From Bacteroidota bacterium (GTDB lineage Bacteria; Bacteroidota; Bacteroidia; Flavobacteriales_C; GCA-002722245): DNA of 64,000 nt. Made by a program: the position numbers and the translations under genes. The stretch is taken from NCBI GenBank assembly GCA_026390935.1, contig JAPLEZ010000152.1:1293-65292 (forward strand), in the 5' to 3' direction. This document shows, in pieces, positions 18,750 to 28,887 of this stretch; positions within the stretch are counted from its first letter, which is position 1, and every line of letters starts with the position of its first letter. The notes under the pieces were generated by a model. It saw nothing but the letters and a program-made list of their open reading frames with translations. It was not told the DNA's origin and searched no databases.

Positions 18750-20297
18750 TTACACCAGTTTTTTTAACGCACTACTCAAATCTACTTTTTCGCGGATTAT
18801 TCTTTCCAGCTGATCTACAGCAACTCTCTCTTGTTTCATGGTATCGCGATCACGAATGGTGACCATGTTGTCCTCCAAAGTTTGTGGATCTATCGTTACG
18901 CAAAATGGTGTTCCGTATGCATCATGTCTTCTGTAACGCTTACCAATAGCATCTTTTTCTTCGTAGTGACAGTTGAAAGAAAATTTCAATTGATCCATAA
19001 TTTCTCTTGCTTTTTCCGGCAAGCCATCTTTTTTCATGAGTGGAAGAATGGCTACTTTATATGGAGCAAGGAAAGGAGGGAGGCTCAGCACTACTCGTGT
19101 GGATCCGTCTTCCAAAGTTTCTTCTTTGTAAGAAGCAGATAAAATAGACAAGAACATTCTGTCCAATCCAACCGAAGTTTCCACTACATAAGGAACGTAG
19201 TTTTCATTCAGTTCGGGATCAAAATATTGTAATTTCTTTTTGGAGAATTCCTGGTGTGCGTTCAAATCGAAATTGGTGCGAGAGTGAATTCCTTCCAGTT
19301 CCTTGAATCCCATTGGGAATTCAAATTCAATGTCGCAAGCTGCATCAGCATAATGTGCAGTTTTCAAGTGATCATGATATCTGTATTTTTTATCAGATAA
19401 ACCTAAGGCCTGGTGCCATTTCAAACGTGCTGTTTTCCAGTATTCGTACCAGTGTTTTTGTTCGCCTGGTTTTACAAAAAACTGCATTTCCATTTGCTCA
19501 AACTCACGCATTCTGAAGATGAACTGACGCGCTACAATCTCATTTCTGAAAGCTTTTCCGATTTGCGCTATACCGAAAGGAATTTTCATTCTTCCTGTTT
19601 TTTGCACGTTGAGGTAGTTCACAAAAATTCCTTGCGCAGTTTCTGGTCGAAGGTAAATTTTGTTCGCTCCTTCTGCCAATGAACCAATTTCAGTGGCGAA
19701 CATGAGGTTGAACTGACGAACTTCGGTCCAATTTTTAGTGCCTGATATCGGACAAGCGATTTCCAAATCAACAATGATTTGTTTCATCTCGTCCATGTTG
19801 GAATCTTCCAATGCCTTTTTAAATCGGGCATTGATTTCATCAATTTTCTTTTGGTATTCTACTACTCTCGGATTGGTAGATAAATATTGTGCTTCATCGA
19901 AAGCAGCACCGAAGCGCTCTTTTGCCTTTTCTACTTCTTTTTCAATTTTAGCGCGGAGCTTGTTCTCAATATATTCTTCAATGAGGACATCAGCGCGGTA
20001 TCTTTTTTTGGAATCTTTGTTATCAATCAAAGGATCATTGAACGCATCCACGTGTCCGGAAGCCTTCCAGGTAGTAGGGTGCATAAATATTGCAGAGTCA
20101 ATGCCCACAATATTTTCGTGCATTTGCACCATTGCTTTCCACCAATATTCCTTGATGTTGAATTTCAGTTCCGATCCTAGTTGCCCGTAGTCATACACGG
20201 CGCTCAATCCATCATAAATTTCACTTGATGGAAATACAAAGCCATACTCCTTCGCGTGGGAGATAATGGTTTTTAATTTTTCTTCATTTGTTGCCAT
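18750..20297 (-). CDS. glyQS: Glycine--tRNA ligase (alpha2 type)
   Basis: YDYGQLG, WKASGHVDAF, LRPETAQGIF, FRNEI, FRMREFEQMEM, ELEGI, IGKRYRRHD. Confidence 0.95.
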   Translation of the reverse strand: MATNEEKLKTIISHAKEYGFVFPSSEIYDGLSAVYDYGQLGSELKFNIKEYWWKAMVQMHENIVGIDSAIFMHPTTWKASGHVDAFNDPLIDNKDSKKRYRADVLIEEYIENKLRAKIEKEVEKAKERFGAAFDEAQYLSTNPRVVEYQKKIDEINARFKKALEDSNMDEMKQIIVDLEIACPISGTKNWTEVRQFNLMFATEIGSLAEGANKIYLRPETAQGIFVNYLNVQKTGRMKIPFGIAQIGKAFRNEIVARQFIFRMREFEQMEMQFFVKPGEQKHWYEYWKTARLKWHQALGLSDKKYRYHDHLKTAHYADAACDIEFEFPMGFKELEGIHSRTNFDLNAHQEFSKKKLQYFDPELNENYVPYVVETSVGLDRMFLSILSASYKEETLEDGSTRVVLSLPPFLAPYKVAILPLMKKDGLPEKAREIMDQLKFSFNCHYEEKDAIGKRYRRHDAYGTPFCVTIDPQTLEDNMVTIRDRDTMKQERVAVDQLERIIREKVDLSSALKKLV

Positions 20298-20330
20298 AGC
20301 GCGAATTTAACGCAAATAAGTGATATTTTT

Positions 20331-20897
20331 GTGCGCATGATTGAAATTAACGATACCCTCATTTCCGACGAATTATTGGAAACCCGTTTTGTGTGCGACC
20401 TCACTGTTTGCAAGGGCGCATGCTGTGTAGAAGGTGATTCGGGCGCTCCACTGGAGAAAGATGAATTGGGTATTCTCGATGATATTTATGAAGATGTTAA
20501 ACCGTACATGGTTCCGGCCGGAATTGCTGAAATAGAAAAACAAGGAAGGTATGTGATTGATAGCGATGGAGATTTTGTAACTCCCTTAGTCAACAACAGA
20601 GAATGCGCCTATGTTTTTTTTGATGCAAAAGGCGTAACGAAATGTGCCATCGAAAAAGCTTATGAAGATGGAAAGGTCTCTTTCAAAAAACCAATTTCCT
20701 GTCATTTGTTTCCTGTGCGATTGAAAAAATACAGAACCTTTACTGCCGTTAATCTAGAGTCCTTGCAGGTTTGCGCAGGTGCCTTTGCCTGTGGTGCAAG
20801 ATTGCAAGTTCCGGTGTATCAATTTTTGAAAGGACCCCTCGTCCGCAAGTTTGGTGAAGAATGGTACGAAACCCTCGATGCTGTAGCTAAACGCTAA
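20331..20897 (+). CDS. DUF3109 family protein
   Basis: FVCDLTVCKGACCVEGDSGAPL, KPISCHLFPVR, LVRKFGEEWY. Confidence 0.88.
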   Translation: MRMIEINDTLISDELLETRFVCDLTVCKGACCVEGDSGAPLEKDELGILDDIYEDVKPYMVPAGIAEIEKQGRYVIDSDGDFVTPLVNNRECAYVFFDAKGVTKCAIEKAYEDGKVSFKKPISCHLFPVRLKKYRTFTAVNLESLQVCAGAFACGARLQVPVYQFLKGPLVRKFGEEWYETLDAVAKR

Positions 20898-21371
20898 AGG
20901 TTTCAGGACTTATTAACCTTCTCCTGTTCGTGTTTTCAAAAAACTTTTTCCCTTTTTCCTCTGTTTCAGAACTAACTTTAGAAGAGTAGACATTGATAGA
21001 CGAATTGCAAAAAATCATCGATCAATTTCACTTTAACAAAGCAGTACACACCAATCGTTCTTTCAATTATGAATGTGTCGGCAGAATATCGAGTTACAAA
21101 AATTTATTGCTTCAACTCTTTAACATGTATTCTTTAATCAGCTGTTTTTCAAAAGGCTAAATTGAATGTTTAAAACTTCAATGCTTTGTGAAAAACTATG
21201 GATTGGTACTACGATAAATTTTGTCAATTTTTGTATCCTGCTTCGGTTGACTGATTACAGCCAGTTAACCACAACTCAAAAACAGTTTGGCAGTCACACA
21301 TAAAAAGCTCTCCTCGCAAGGGAGAACAAGGATATAGTCTTCTTTAAGAACGAATAAAAAGTAAACGGGAA

Positions 21372-22421
21372 ATGAAGGATCAAGAAATAAAAATCACCAC
21401 GCTCACCACAGAATCGGAGCTAAACCAAATTTTACCAAATAACAAGATTGAAGTGGAAGAACCAATTTTGAAGGAGAGCAAAGATCGTTTCGTTTTATTT
21501 CCTATCAATCACAATGACATCTGGCAGATGTACAAACAACAACAAGCAAGTTTCTGGACAACAGAAGAAATTGATTTGTCGGCTGATGTTATCGACTGGG
21601 ATAATAAATTAAATGATGATGAGCGTCACTTCATCAAACATGTTTTGGCTTTCTTCGCAGCAAGCGATGGTATCGTAAATGAAAACTTGGCTGAGAATTT
21701 CTTGAGCGATGTTCAATACACTGAAGCTAAATTTTTCTACGGCTTCCAAATCATGATGGAGAACATTCACTCTGAAACTTATTCTTTGCTGATTGATACT
21801 TTGATCAAAGATCCTAAAGAGAAAAAATATTTGTTCAACGCTATCGACACTATTCCATGTGTGAAAAAGAAAGCGGACTGGGCATTGAGATACATTGACA
21901 ACGGTACTTTCGCTGAAAGATTAGTTGCTTTCGCTGCGGTGGAAGGAATTTTCTTCTCTGGTTCTTTCTGCTCTATCTTCTGGTTGAAGAAAAGAGGATT
22001 GTTACCAGGATTGGCTTTCTCTAACGAGTTGATCTCAAGAGACGAAGGTTTGCATTGCGATTTCGCTTGTTTGTTATACACCAAACATTTGTTGAATCAA
22101 TTGCCGAAAGAAGAGCTTCAGAAAATTATCACTGATGCTGTTGAAATTGAAAAAGAATTTGTTTCCGATGCCATTCCAGTAAAATTAATCGGAATGAATT
22201 CAGATATGATGTGTCAGTACATTGAGTTTGTAGCCGACAGATTATTGCAGGAATTAGGAGGCAGTAAAATATACAATGTTGAAAATCCATTCGATTTCAT
22301 GGAGTTGATTTCCTTACAAGGAAAAACCAACTTCTTCGAAAAGAGAGTGGGTGAATACCAAAAATCGGGAGTGATGAGCAATAAGGAAGACAATGTTTTC
22401 CGCTTGGACGAAGATTTTTAG
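21372..22421 (+). CDS. nrdB: Class Ia ribonucleotide reductase beta subunit
   Basis: [43 protein letters not shown]. Confidence 0.96.
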   Translation: MKDQEIKITTLTTESELNQILPNNKIEVEEPILKESKDRFVLFPINHNDIWQMYKQQQASFWTTEEIDLSADVIDWDNKLNDDERHFIKHVLAFFAASDGIVNENLAENFLSDVQYTEAKFFYGFQIMMENIHSETYSLLIDTLIKDPKEKKYLFNAIDTIPCVKKKADWALRYIDNGTFAERLVAFAAVEGIFFSGSFCSIFWLKKRGLLPGLAFSNELISRDEGLHCDFACLLYTKHLLNQLPKEELQKIITDAVEIEKEFVSDAIPVKLIGMNSDMMCQYIEFVADRLLQELGGSKIYNVENPFDFMELISLQGKTNFFEKRVGEYQKSGVMSNKEDNVFRLDEDF

Positions 22422-22476
22422 GCAAAAATCAAATCATAAAAAAAACGGAGTAATGAAATAAAAAATTGGGAAGCGT

Positions 22477-24852
22477 ATGTTTGTAGTAAAGAGAGACGGC
22501 AAAAAGGAGTCGGTTAAGTTCGACAAAATCACAGCAAGAATTCAAAAGTTGAGTTATTCACTAGATCCTTTGGTGGATGTGGTGAGTGTGACAATGAAAG
22601 TTATTGAAGGATTGTATGATGGTGTCACGACCGTGGAGTTGGACAACCTTGCTGCTGAAATCGCTGCTTCAAATACTACCAAACACCCGGATTACGCATT
22701 GCTTGCTTCCCGCATCGCGGTTTCCAACTTACACAAAAACACAAAAAAATCTTTCTCCGATACGATGAAAGATTTGTACGAATACGTTGATCCTAAAACT
22801 GGAGAGAAAGCTTCATTGATCGCTAAAGATGTGTATGAAATCATCCAAGCAAATGCTGAACTCCTTGATTCTACTATCATTTACGATAGAGATTTCGGTT
22901 ACGATTATTTCGGATTTAAAACTTTGGAGCGTTCTTATTTGTTGAGAATGCACGGTAAAGTTGCTGAGCGCCCTCAACACATGTTGATGCGTGTTTCAGT
23001 TGGTATCCATAAAGAAGATATTTCAGCTGCTATTGATACTTACAACTTGATGTCGGAAAGATGGTTCACTCACGCTACTCCTACATTATTCAACGCTGGT
23101 ACTCCTAAACCGCAAATGTCTTCATGCTTCCTGTTAACAGTGAAAGACGACAGCATCGATGGTATTTACGATACATTGAAACAAACTGCAAAAATTTCAC
23201 AATCTGCAGGTGGAATCGGTTTAGCTATTCACAACATCCGCGCTACAGGTTCATACATCAAAGGAACTAACGGTACTTCCAACGGAATCATTCCAATGTT
23301 GAAAGTATTTAATGATACTGCTCGCTACGTTGACCAAGGTGGTGGAAAAAGAAAAGGTTCTTTCGCTATCTATCTTGAGCCATGGCATGCTGACATCTTT
23401 GATTTCCTTGATTTGCGTAAAAATCACGGTAAAGAGGAAGCTCGTGCAAGAGATTTGTTCTTCGCGCTTTGGATTCCGGATTTATTCATGAAACGTATTG
23501 AGGCTGATCAACACTGGACTTTAATGTGTCCGAATGAATGCCCTGGATTGGCTGATACACACAGCGCTGATTTCGAGAAATTATATTTGAAATACGAGAA
23601 AGAAGGAAAAGGAAGAAAAACCATTAAAGCACAAGAATTGTGGTTCGCTATCTTGGAATCTCAAACTGAAACTGGTACTCCGTACATGTTGTACAAAGAT
23701 GCTTGTAACTCAAAATCAAACCAACAAAACTTAGGAACCATCCGTTCTTCTAACTTGTGTACTGAGATTGTTGAGTACACTGCTCCTGATGAAGTAGCGG
23801 TTTGTAACTTGGCGTCTTTAGCACTTCCTAAATTTGTGGAAGATGGTAAATTTGATCACCAACGTTTGTTCGACATCACTTATGTAGCGACGAAAAACTT
23901 AAATAAAATCATCGACAGAAACTACTACCCAGTTCCTGAGGCGAAAAACTCTAACATGAGACATCGTCCGATTGGCCTAGGAGTACAAGGTTTAGCTGAT
24001 GCTTTCATCTTAATGCGTTTGCCATTTACTTCCGACGAAGCGAAAAAAGTAAACAAAGAAATTTTTGAAACCATATACTTCGCAGGTTTAACTGCTTCCA
24101 AAGATTTAGCAATGGAAGAAGGTGCTTACGAAACTTACGCTGGTTCACCTGCTTCAAAAGGAGTTTTCCAACACGATATGTGGAATGTTACTCCTACCGA
24201 CAGATGGGATTGGGATGGTTTAAGAGCTGAAATTTTGAAATACGGTATTCGCAACTCCTTATTGTTAGCGCCAATGCCAACAGCTTCTACTTCTCAAATT
24301 TTAGGAAACAACGAATGTTTTGAGCCATATACTTCAAACATTTATTCAAGAAGAACTTTATCAGGTGAGTTTGTTATCGTAAACAAACACTTAATGAAAG
24401 ACTTAGTGAAATTGGGCTTGTGGAACGATGAATTGAAAAATGAATTGATCGCTGCCAACGGATCTGTACAAGAGATTGATGCTATTCCTGATAACATCAA
24501 AGAATTGTACAAAACAGTTTGGGAAATGAAAATGAAAGACATTATTGATATGGCTGCCGACAGAGGTGCTTACATCGATCAGTCTCAATCATTGAACTTG
24601 TTCATCGAAAATCCAAACTTTGCGAAATTGTCTTCTATGCATTTCTACGGCTGGAAAAAAGGTTTGAAAACTGGTATGTACTACCTGAGAACCAAAGCTG
24701 CTCGTGATGCCATAAAATTCACAGTAACTAAAAAGGAAGAAGTTGCTGCTCCAATAGTAGTGAAACAAGAAGAGGTTACAAAAGAACAGAGAGAAGCGGA
24801 AATCTCTTGTTCATTGGATAATCCTGATGCTTGTGAAGCTTGCGGAAGTTAA
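22477..24852 (+). CDS. nrdA: Class Ia ribonucleotide reductase alpha subunit with ATP cone
   Basis: VVKRDG ATP cone, [39 protein letters not shown]-terminal CEAC. Confidence 0.96.
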   Translation: MFVVKRDGKKESVKFDKITARIQKLSYSLDPLVDVVSVTMKVIEGLYDGVTTVELDNLAAEIAASNTTKHPDYALLASRIAVSNLHKNTKKSFSDTMKDLYEYVDPKTGEKASLIAKDVYEIIQANAELLDSTIIYDRDFGYDYFGFKTLERSYLLRMHGKVAERPQHMLMRVSVGIHKEDISAAIDTYNLMSERWFTHATPTLFNAGTPKPQMSSCFLLTVKDDSIDGIYDTLKQTAKISQSAGGIGLAIHNIRATGSYIKGTNGTSNGIIPMLKVFNDTARYVDQGGGKRKGSFAIYLEPWHADIFDFLDLRKNHGKEEARARDLFFALWIPDLFMKRIEADQHWTLMCPNECPGLADTHSADFEKLYLKYEKEGKGRKTIKAQELWFAILESQTETGTPYMLYKDACNSKSNQQNLGTIRSSNLCTEIVEYTAPDEVAVCNLASLALPKFVEDGKFDHQRLFDITYVATKNLNKIIDRNYYPVPEAKNSNMRHRPIGLGVQGLADAFILMRLPFTSDEAKKVNKEIFETIYFAGLTASKDLAMEEGAYETYAGSPASKGVFQHDMWNVTPTDRWDWDGLRAEILKYGIRNSLLLAPMPTASTSQILGNNECFEPYTSNIYSRRTLSGEFVIVNKHLMKDLVKLGLWNDELKNELIAANGSVQEIDAIPDNIKELYKTVWEMKMKDIIDMAADRGAYIDQSQSLNLFIENPNFAKLSSMHFYGWKKGLKTGMYYLRTKAARDAIKFTVTKKEEVAAPIVVKQEEVTKEQREAEISCSLDNPDACEACGS

Positions 24853-24870
24853 GATTTAGAATAATAAAAG

Positions 24871-24904
24871 AAAATCCTGTGGTTGAAAAATCACAGGATT
24901 TTTT
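24871..24904 (+). terminator. Intrinsic terminator of nrdBA
   Basis: AAAATCCTGTGGTT-gaaa-AATCACAGGATTTT followed by a T run. Confidence 0.8.
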
Positions 24905-24941
24905 GTTTTTACGATTTCCTTCAGTGTGGATGAGTATGGGT

Positions 24942-24995
24942 TTCCCTCTCGGAGGAGAGGGGTGCGTTGGAAAGTGTGTTGGCAGGGAGATGGAC
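24942..24995 (+). repeat. REP-like element, family A (CCCTCT-loop-AGAGGGG...GCAGGGAGATGGA)
   Basis: Closely similar to the reverse complement of 59311-59366 and similar to 59243-59301. Confidence 0.75.
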
Positions 24996-25073
24996 TTTTA
25001 CTTCCTAGCTCCGTGAAGTTTTAGAGCAGCGTAACTTCGCGGAATCTTTTATTGAGGCTTGCAGCCTCTCTTT

Positions 25074-25232
25074 GATACTTTTTGTCTTGAAACAAAAAGT
25101 ATCCAAAAAATTCAAGAGCCAAGAGATGCTTCCACCGCACGTCGCGAAATTTTTTATCCGTCGGTGACGGAAAAATTTCGCTCCCGCCACCGCCGGCTCG
25201 CCTCTTGGCTCATCCCCCCGCACGAAGTTACC
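25074..25232 (+). ncRNA. Structured repeat element, copy 1 (5' part resembles the Flavo-1 RNA motif)
   Basis: Hairpin GATACTTTTTGT-CTTGAA-ACAAAAAGTATC with downstream TTCAAGA complementary to the loop. Stem GAGCCAAGAG/CTCTTGGCTC encloses a further hairpin. Homologue at 37575-37734. Strand is uncertain. Confidence 0.6.
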
Positions 25233-25277
25233 GACCATCTCCTGATGATCTATGCATGAAAATCGATGCGTACTGCA

Positions 25278-25337
25278 CTTCTCCCTTTGAAAAAAGGGAG
25301 AGTGTGATGGAATAGCTGTGCGTTGGCATGAGGGATT
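25278..25337 (+). repeat. REP-like hairpin, diverged family A
   Basis: TCTCCCTTT-GAAA-AAAGGGAGA followed by GTGTG...TTGGCATGAGGGA. Confidence 0.55.
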
Positions 25338-25457
25338 TTAGATTTCTTCACCGGGAGACCTATCGCCCTCTACGTCCTTGCGAAATTTTTGTACTCAAAA
25401 ATGAAGCAATCTCATTTTGTTTTTTAATATTCATATATTTGGTAAAATGCCTACAAT

Positions 25458-26495
25458 ATGGAAGATTTCAAAAGTAAACTCACTCAAATTTCAGAAAGAA
25501 TAGGTTCACTGAAAGAACAAATTCAAACCGAAGAAGCAACAAAAAACGCATTCATCATGCCTTTTATTCAATTGTTAGGCTACGATGTATTTAACCCTAC
25601 TGAAGTAGTTCCAGAATTCATAGCAGATCATGGAATCAAAAAAGGAGAAAAAGTAGATTATGCTATTTTCATTAATGGCAAGCCTGAAATGATTATTGAA
25701 TGCAAGTCATGGAAAGAAAATATTGATCATCATAGTTCTCAGTTGGCAAGATACTTTCACACTTTGGATTGTAAATTTGCCTTACTAACAAACGGTATTA
25801 AATATCATTTCTTTACTGACCTAGTTAAAGTCAATGTGATGGATGAAAAGCCCTTTTTGAAGTTTGATATCACTGATATTACAGAGTTTCACTATGAAGA
25901 AATTTATAAATTTCACAAATCATTTTTCAATATTGAAAACATTGTCAATACCGCCAGCAAATTAAAATGTGAAAGTGAGTTAAAAGGAATTTTAGTTCGT
26001 GAATTTGAAAATCCTTCTGAAGCGTTCCTTAAACATTTTATCGGTCAAGTATACGAAGGTAGAGCAACAGAAAAAGTAGTCAATGATTTTAAATTGTTGT
26101 TTTCTAGGGCGTCTAACTTTTTCATTCAAGATCATATTAAAAAGAAATTAAACATTGCCTTTGAACAACAAACTCCTACTGTTATTGCTGTTCAAGAGAT
26201 TGTTGAGGACATAATAGATACTTCAAGTATTGCTCCTGGAGAGGAAAAGACAATTGAAACTACTATTGAAGAAATAGAGGCGTTTTACATTGTTAAATCG
26301 ATTCTGCGTACTAAAACGAATTCTTCTAGGATCATCATGAGAGATACTCATAGCTATTGTGGAGTTCTTTTAGATGACAATAACAGAAAGCCGATTTGCA
26401 GATTTTGGTTTAATGCGAAAAAGAAATACCTAGGTCTTTTTGATGATCAAAAGAAAGAAACAAGATTTGAAATTACTGCACTTGACGATATCTAA
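25458..26495 (+). CDS. Stand-alone type I restriction enzyme HsdR N-terminal domain protein (probable premature stop near the C-terminus)
   Basis: TEEATKNAFIMPFI..LGYDVFNPTEVVPEF, KKGEKVDYAI, IECK, LTNG, YCGVLLDDNNRKPICR. The frame continues for 17 codons after the TAA, to 26549. Confidence 0.85.
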   Translation: MEDFKSKLTQISERIGSLKEQIQTEEATKNAFIMPFIQLLGYDVFNPTEVVPEFIADHGIKKGEKVDYAIFINGKPEMIIECKSWKENIDHHSSQLARYFHTLDCKFALLTNGIKYHFFTDLVKVNVMDEKPFLKFDITDITEFHYEEIYKFHKSFFNIENIVNTASKLKCESELKGILVREFENPSEAFLKHFIGQVYEGRATEKVVNDFKLLFSRASNFFIQDHIKKKLNIAFEQQTPTVIAVQEIVEDIIDTSSIAPGEEKTIETTIEEIEAFYIVKSILRTKTNSSRIIMRDTHSYCGVLLDDNNRKPICRFWFNAKKKYLGLFDDQKKETRFEITALDDI

Positions 26496-26568
26496 CAGTA
26501 TTCTGAGCAATTACAGAAAACGCCAGAGTATTATAATGTGAATATAGGAGCATAAAATTTGGCTTTCT

Positions 26569-27255
26569 TTACTTCTCCCCCTTCTTCGGCCCACCAATAA
26601 AATCCTTCAAATAGAAAGGCTCAAAGTAAGCCACGTCTTCAAATGCTTTTGCGTTGAATTGCGCTTCAGAGAATGTAATCATCCATTGCGCTGAGGTTTG
26701 AATATTTGGAAGAAGAGAAATGTTTGAGTTGGATAAAACCGACATACATTTTTGTGCACCATCTCCGAAGACGAACATTTTTTGAGTGGAGTCAGCAAAG
26801 GAATTCTCGTCGATTATTTGTGCTTCAATGCCGCGCAGTTCATTTCCTTTTTCATCAAAAATTTGCGAGTAAACTTCCATGCGTCGCGCATCCAGCATAG
26901 GGCAGAGGAGTGATCCTGAAATATATTCGGGATGGGAAGATGCGCCATAACTTAACGATTTTAGGGTGTCAATGGCTAGCAATGGAATTCCTAATCCGAA
27001 ACACAAACCTTTGGCTGTTGAAACGCCAATACGCAAGCCGGTGTAGCTTCCCGGACCTTTACTAACAGCAATTGCATTTAGCTCTTTGAAAGAAATTTTT
27101 GCTTCAGATAAAGCGGCTTCAATAAAAACATTTAGCTTTTCTGCGTGAGAATAATTGTCGTCATATTCTTCTTTTAAAGACAGTAAAACGCCATCTTTCG
27201 CTACGGAAACAGAGCAAAGCTTAGTACTTGTATCTAAATTGAGAATGACGGCCAT
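26569..27255 (-). CDS. tsaB: tRNA threonylcarbamoyladenosine biosynthesis protein TsaB
   Basis: ILNLDTST, HAEKL, GPGSYTGLRIG, DARRMEVY, EPFYLK. Confidence 0.95.
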   Translation of the reverse strand: MAVILNLDTSTKLCSVSVAKDGVLLSLKEEYDDNYSHAEKLNVFIEAALSEAKISFKELNAIAVSKGPGSYTGLRIGVSTAKGLCFGLGIPLLAIDTLKSLSYGASSHPEYISGSLLCPMLDARRMEVYSQIFDEKGNELRGIEAQIIDENSFADSTQKMFVFGDGAQKCMSVLSNSNISLLPNIQTSAQWMITFSEAQFNAKAFEDVAYFEPFYLKDFIGGPKKGEK

Positions 27256-27303
27256 AGCTGCAAAAATAAGCATATTGCGGCATGATTTTTAGCATATTCA
27301 ATT

Positions 27304-27756
27304 ATGAAAAATTTGATTTTTACTTTTTTATTCCTTCCTGTTGTTGCATTTTCACAACGAGGATTGAAATTAGTATCCGCTACTTCACAGCGCTGGAGCG
27401 GAGGGATCCCTGGAAATGTAGGCACCAACTATTCTTTAGATTTTGTTTTTTCTCTCAAAGATTCCATCAGCATTGATTCCATTTATATCAACAATGTCGC
27501 TTACGCCACTGTGAACTCCAACAGTGCGTCCTCTAATGCTTATTGGTTCAAGAACAATAAAAATCACATTTCATTAATAGTGCATGAATCAATGGTGCAG
27601 TGCACTTATCCTGTGGATGGGGATACTAGTAAGAAACAACAAAAACCTACAATTAACATGGATGGCGCCGCTTTGGTGGTGTATCACTACAAACACAAAA
27701 AGAAAAAATTGCTTGTCAAATCTTTTGTTGCCTTGCCTCCTTTGCATTATCCCTGA
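27304..27756 (+). CDS. Hypothetical secreted protein
   Basis: Signal peptide MKNLIFTFLFLPVVAFSQ; 150 aa. Confidence 0.7.
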   Translation: MKNLIFTFLFLPVVAFSQRGLKLVSATSQRWSGGIPGNVGTNYSLDFVFSLKDSISIDSIYINNVAYATVNSNSASSNAYWFKNNKNHISLIVHESMVQCTYPVDGDTSKKQQKPTINMDGAALVVYHYKHKKKKLLVKSFVALPPLHYP

Positions 27757-27837
27757 CTAACATTCTTTGTTTGATAAATTCAGGTCATTGTTCCAGCGCG
27801 AGCTTATTTGCAGTTGTATTATTACAGAAAAATAGCT

Positions 27838-28413
27838 GTGGATACTTTCGATTATTACAACTGGTTAATTCTTCCACTCATCATTTTCTTTTCAAGAGTA
27901 ACAGACGTTACCTTAGGAACTTTACGCCATGTATTTGTTTCCCGCGGATTTAAAAATTTAGCACCCTTGTTGGGCTTTTTTGAAGTGTTGCTGTGGATTA
28001 TGGTAGCCAAGCAAATCATGACCAGTGCCAATAGCTGGCAGCATTACATTGCTTGGGCTGGCGGATTTGCTACTGGAAATTACATTGGTTTGCGACTGGA
28101 GGAAAAATTGGCTTTGGGCTTACAAATCATTCAAATTATTACCGATAGCAATAGTGATGAATTGATGAAACAATTGAGTGCTGCCAATCATGGCGCTACA
28201 ATAGTGGATGGACACGGCGCAACAGGTCCGGTTAAAATTATTTTCACCATCGCCCGTCGCAAGCAAGTGAAGAAGATTGTACAATTAGTGGAGCAATGCA
28301 ATCCTAATGCATTTTATTCCATTGAGGATATTCGCAATACCAAAAACGGAATTTTTACGCAAGGCAACTCCAGCTCAATGTTTGGAATGAGAAACATAGG
28401 GAAGATGAAATAG
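27838..28413 (+). CDS. DUF2179/DUF5698 (UPF0316) membrane protein
   Basis: RVTDVTLGTLR, GFFEVLLW, GFATGNYIG, PNAFYSIEDIR. Likely GTG start at 27838. Confidence 0.85.
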   Translation: MDTFDYYNWLILPLIIFFSRVTDVTLGTLRHVFVSRGFKNLAPLLGFFEVLLWIMVAKQIMTSANSWQHYIAWAGGFATGNYIGLRLEEKLALGLQIIQIITDSNSDELMKQLSAANHGATIVDGHGATGPVKIIFTIARRKQVKKIVQLVEQCNPNAFYSIEDIRNTKNGIFTQGNSSSMFGMRNIGKMK

Positions 28414-28434
28414 AAATTTCACCTTCCTCAAATT

Positions 28435-28665
28435 TTACTGTTGCAACAAATTATACAATTGATCTTTTAGAAATACACGATGAGTTCTTAATTCATTCAA
28501 ATGTTCGTCGATGGCCACTTCTGCGCCACTTTCAATGCGATGAATATGATTATCGGTTTTGTCATAATCATCAAACAGCTTTTTGAAATGAGCATTTTGC
28601 ATTTTTAAATCGTGAATTTTCTCTTTGTATTGAGGGAATTCCTGAGCAAGATTATGTTTTTCCAT
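28435..28665 (-). CDS. YdcH/DUF465 family protein
   Basis: HNLAQEFP..KIHDLK..NAHFKKLFDDY...LKDQL. Confidence 0.85.
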   Translation of the reverse strand: MEKHNLAQEFPQYKEKIHDLKMQNAHFKKLFDDYDKTDNHIHRIESGAEVAIDEHLNELRTHRVFLKDQLYNLLQQ

Positions 28666-28775
28666 AGCTTTAATTTTCTTCAAATTTACATGGTAAATGA
28701 GAAGTGAATTATGAGCCAGGTCAGGAGGATGACTGTATTTGATCAGCTATGCGTGAATCAATGCTGCAATTTTTT

Positions 28776-28886
28776 CCTCGCGCGCGTCTGTGACGCGTGC
28801 GCATTTAGGAAGGCATTTGTAATGCCTATTATTAAAGCAATACAATTGCTAAGATAAGTCCGCACGCGTCACAGACGCGCGCGAGG
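28776..28886. repeat. REPIN-like doublet, family B (26-bp perfect inverted repeat)
   Basis: CCTCGCGCGCGTCTGTGACGCGTGCG (28776-28801) and its exact reverse complement (28861-28886). Each arm is itself a hairpin. Confidence 0.9.
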
Positions 28887-28887
28887 C

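Noticed and set aside
21320..21342. NrdR box (ACAAGGATATAGT)
   Set aside because: Spacing does not fit the acaCwAtATaTwGtg palindrome and there is no tandem second box.
21372..24852. Intein or intron in nrdA/nrdB
   Set aside because: Both proteins have normal length and continuous motifs.
25005..25259. ORFs 25005-25238 (-) and 25059-25259 (+)
   Set aside because: They overlap the structured repeat element and have no protein-like features.
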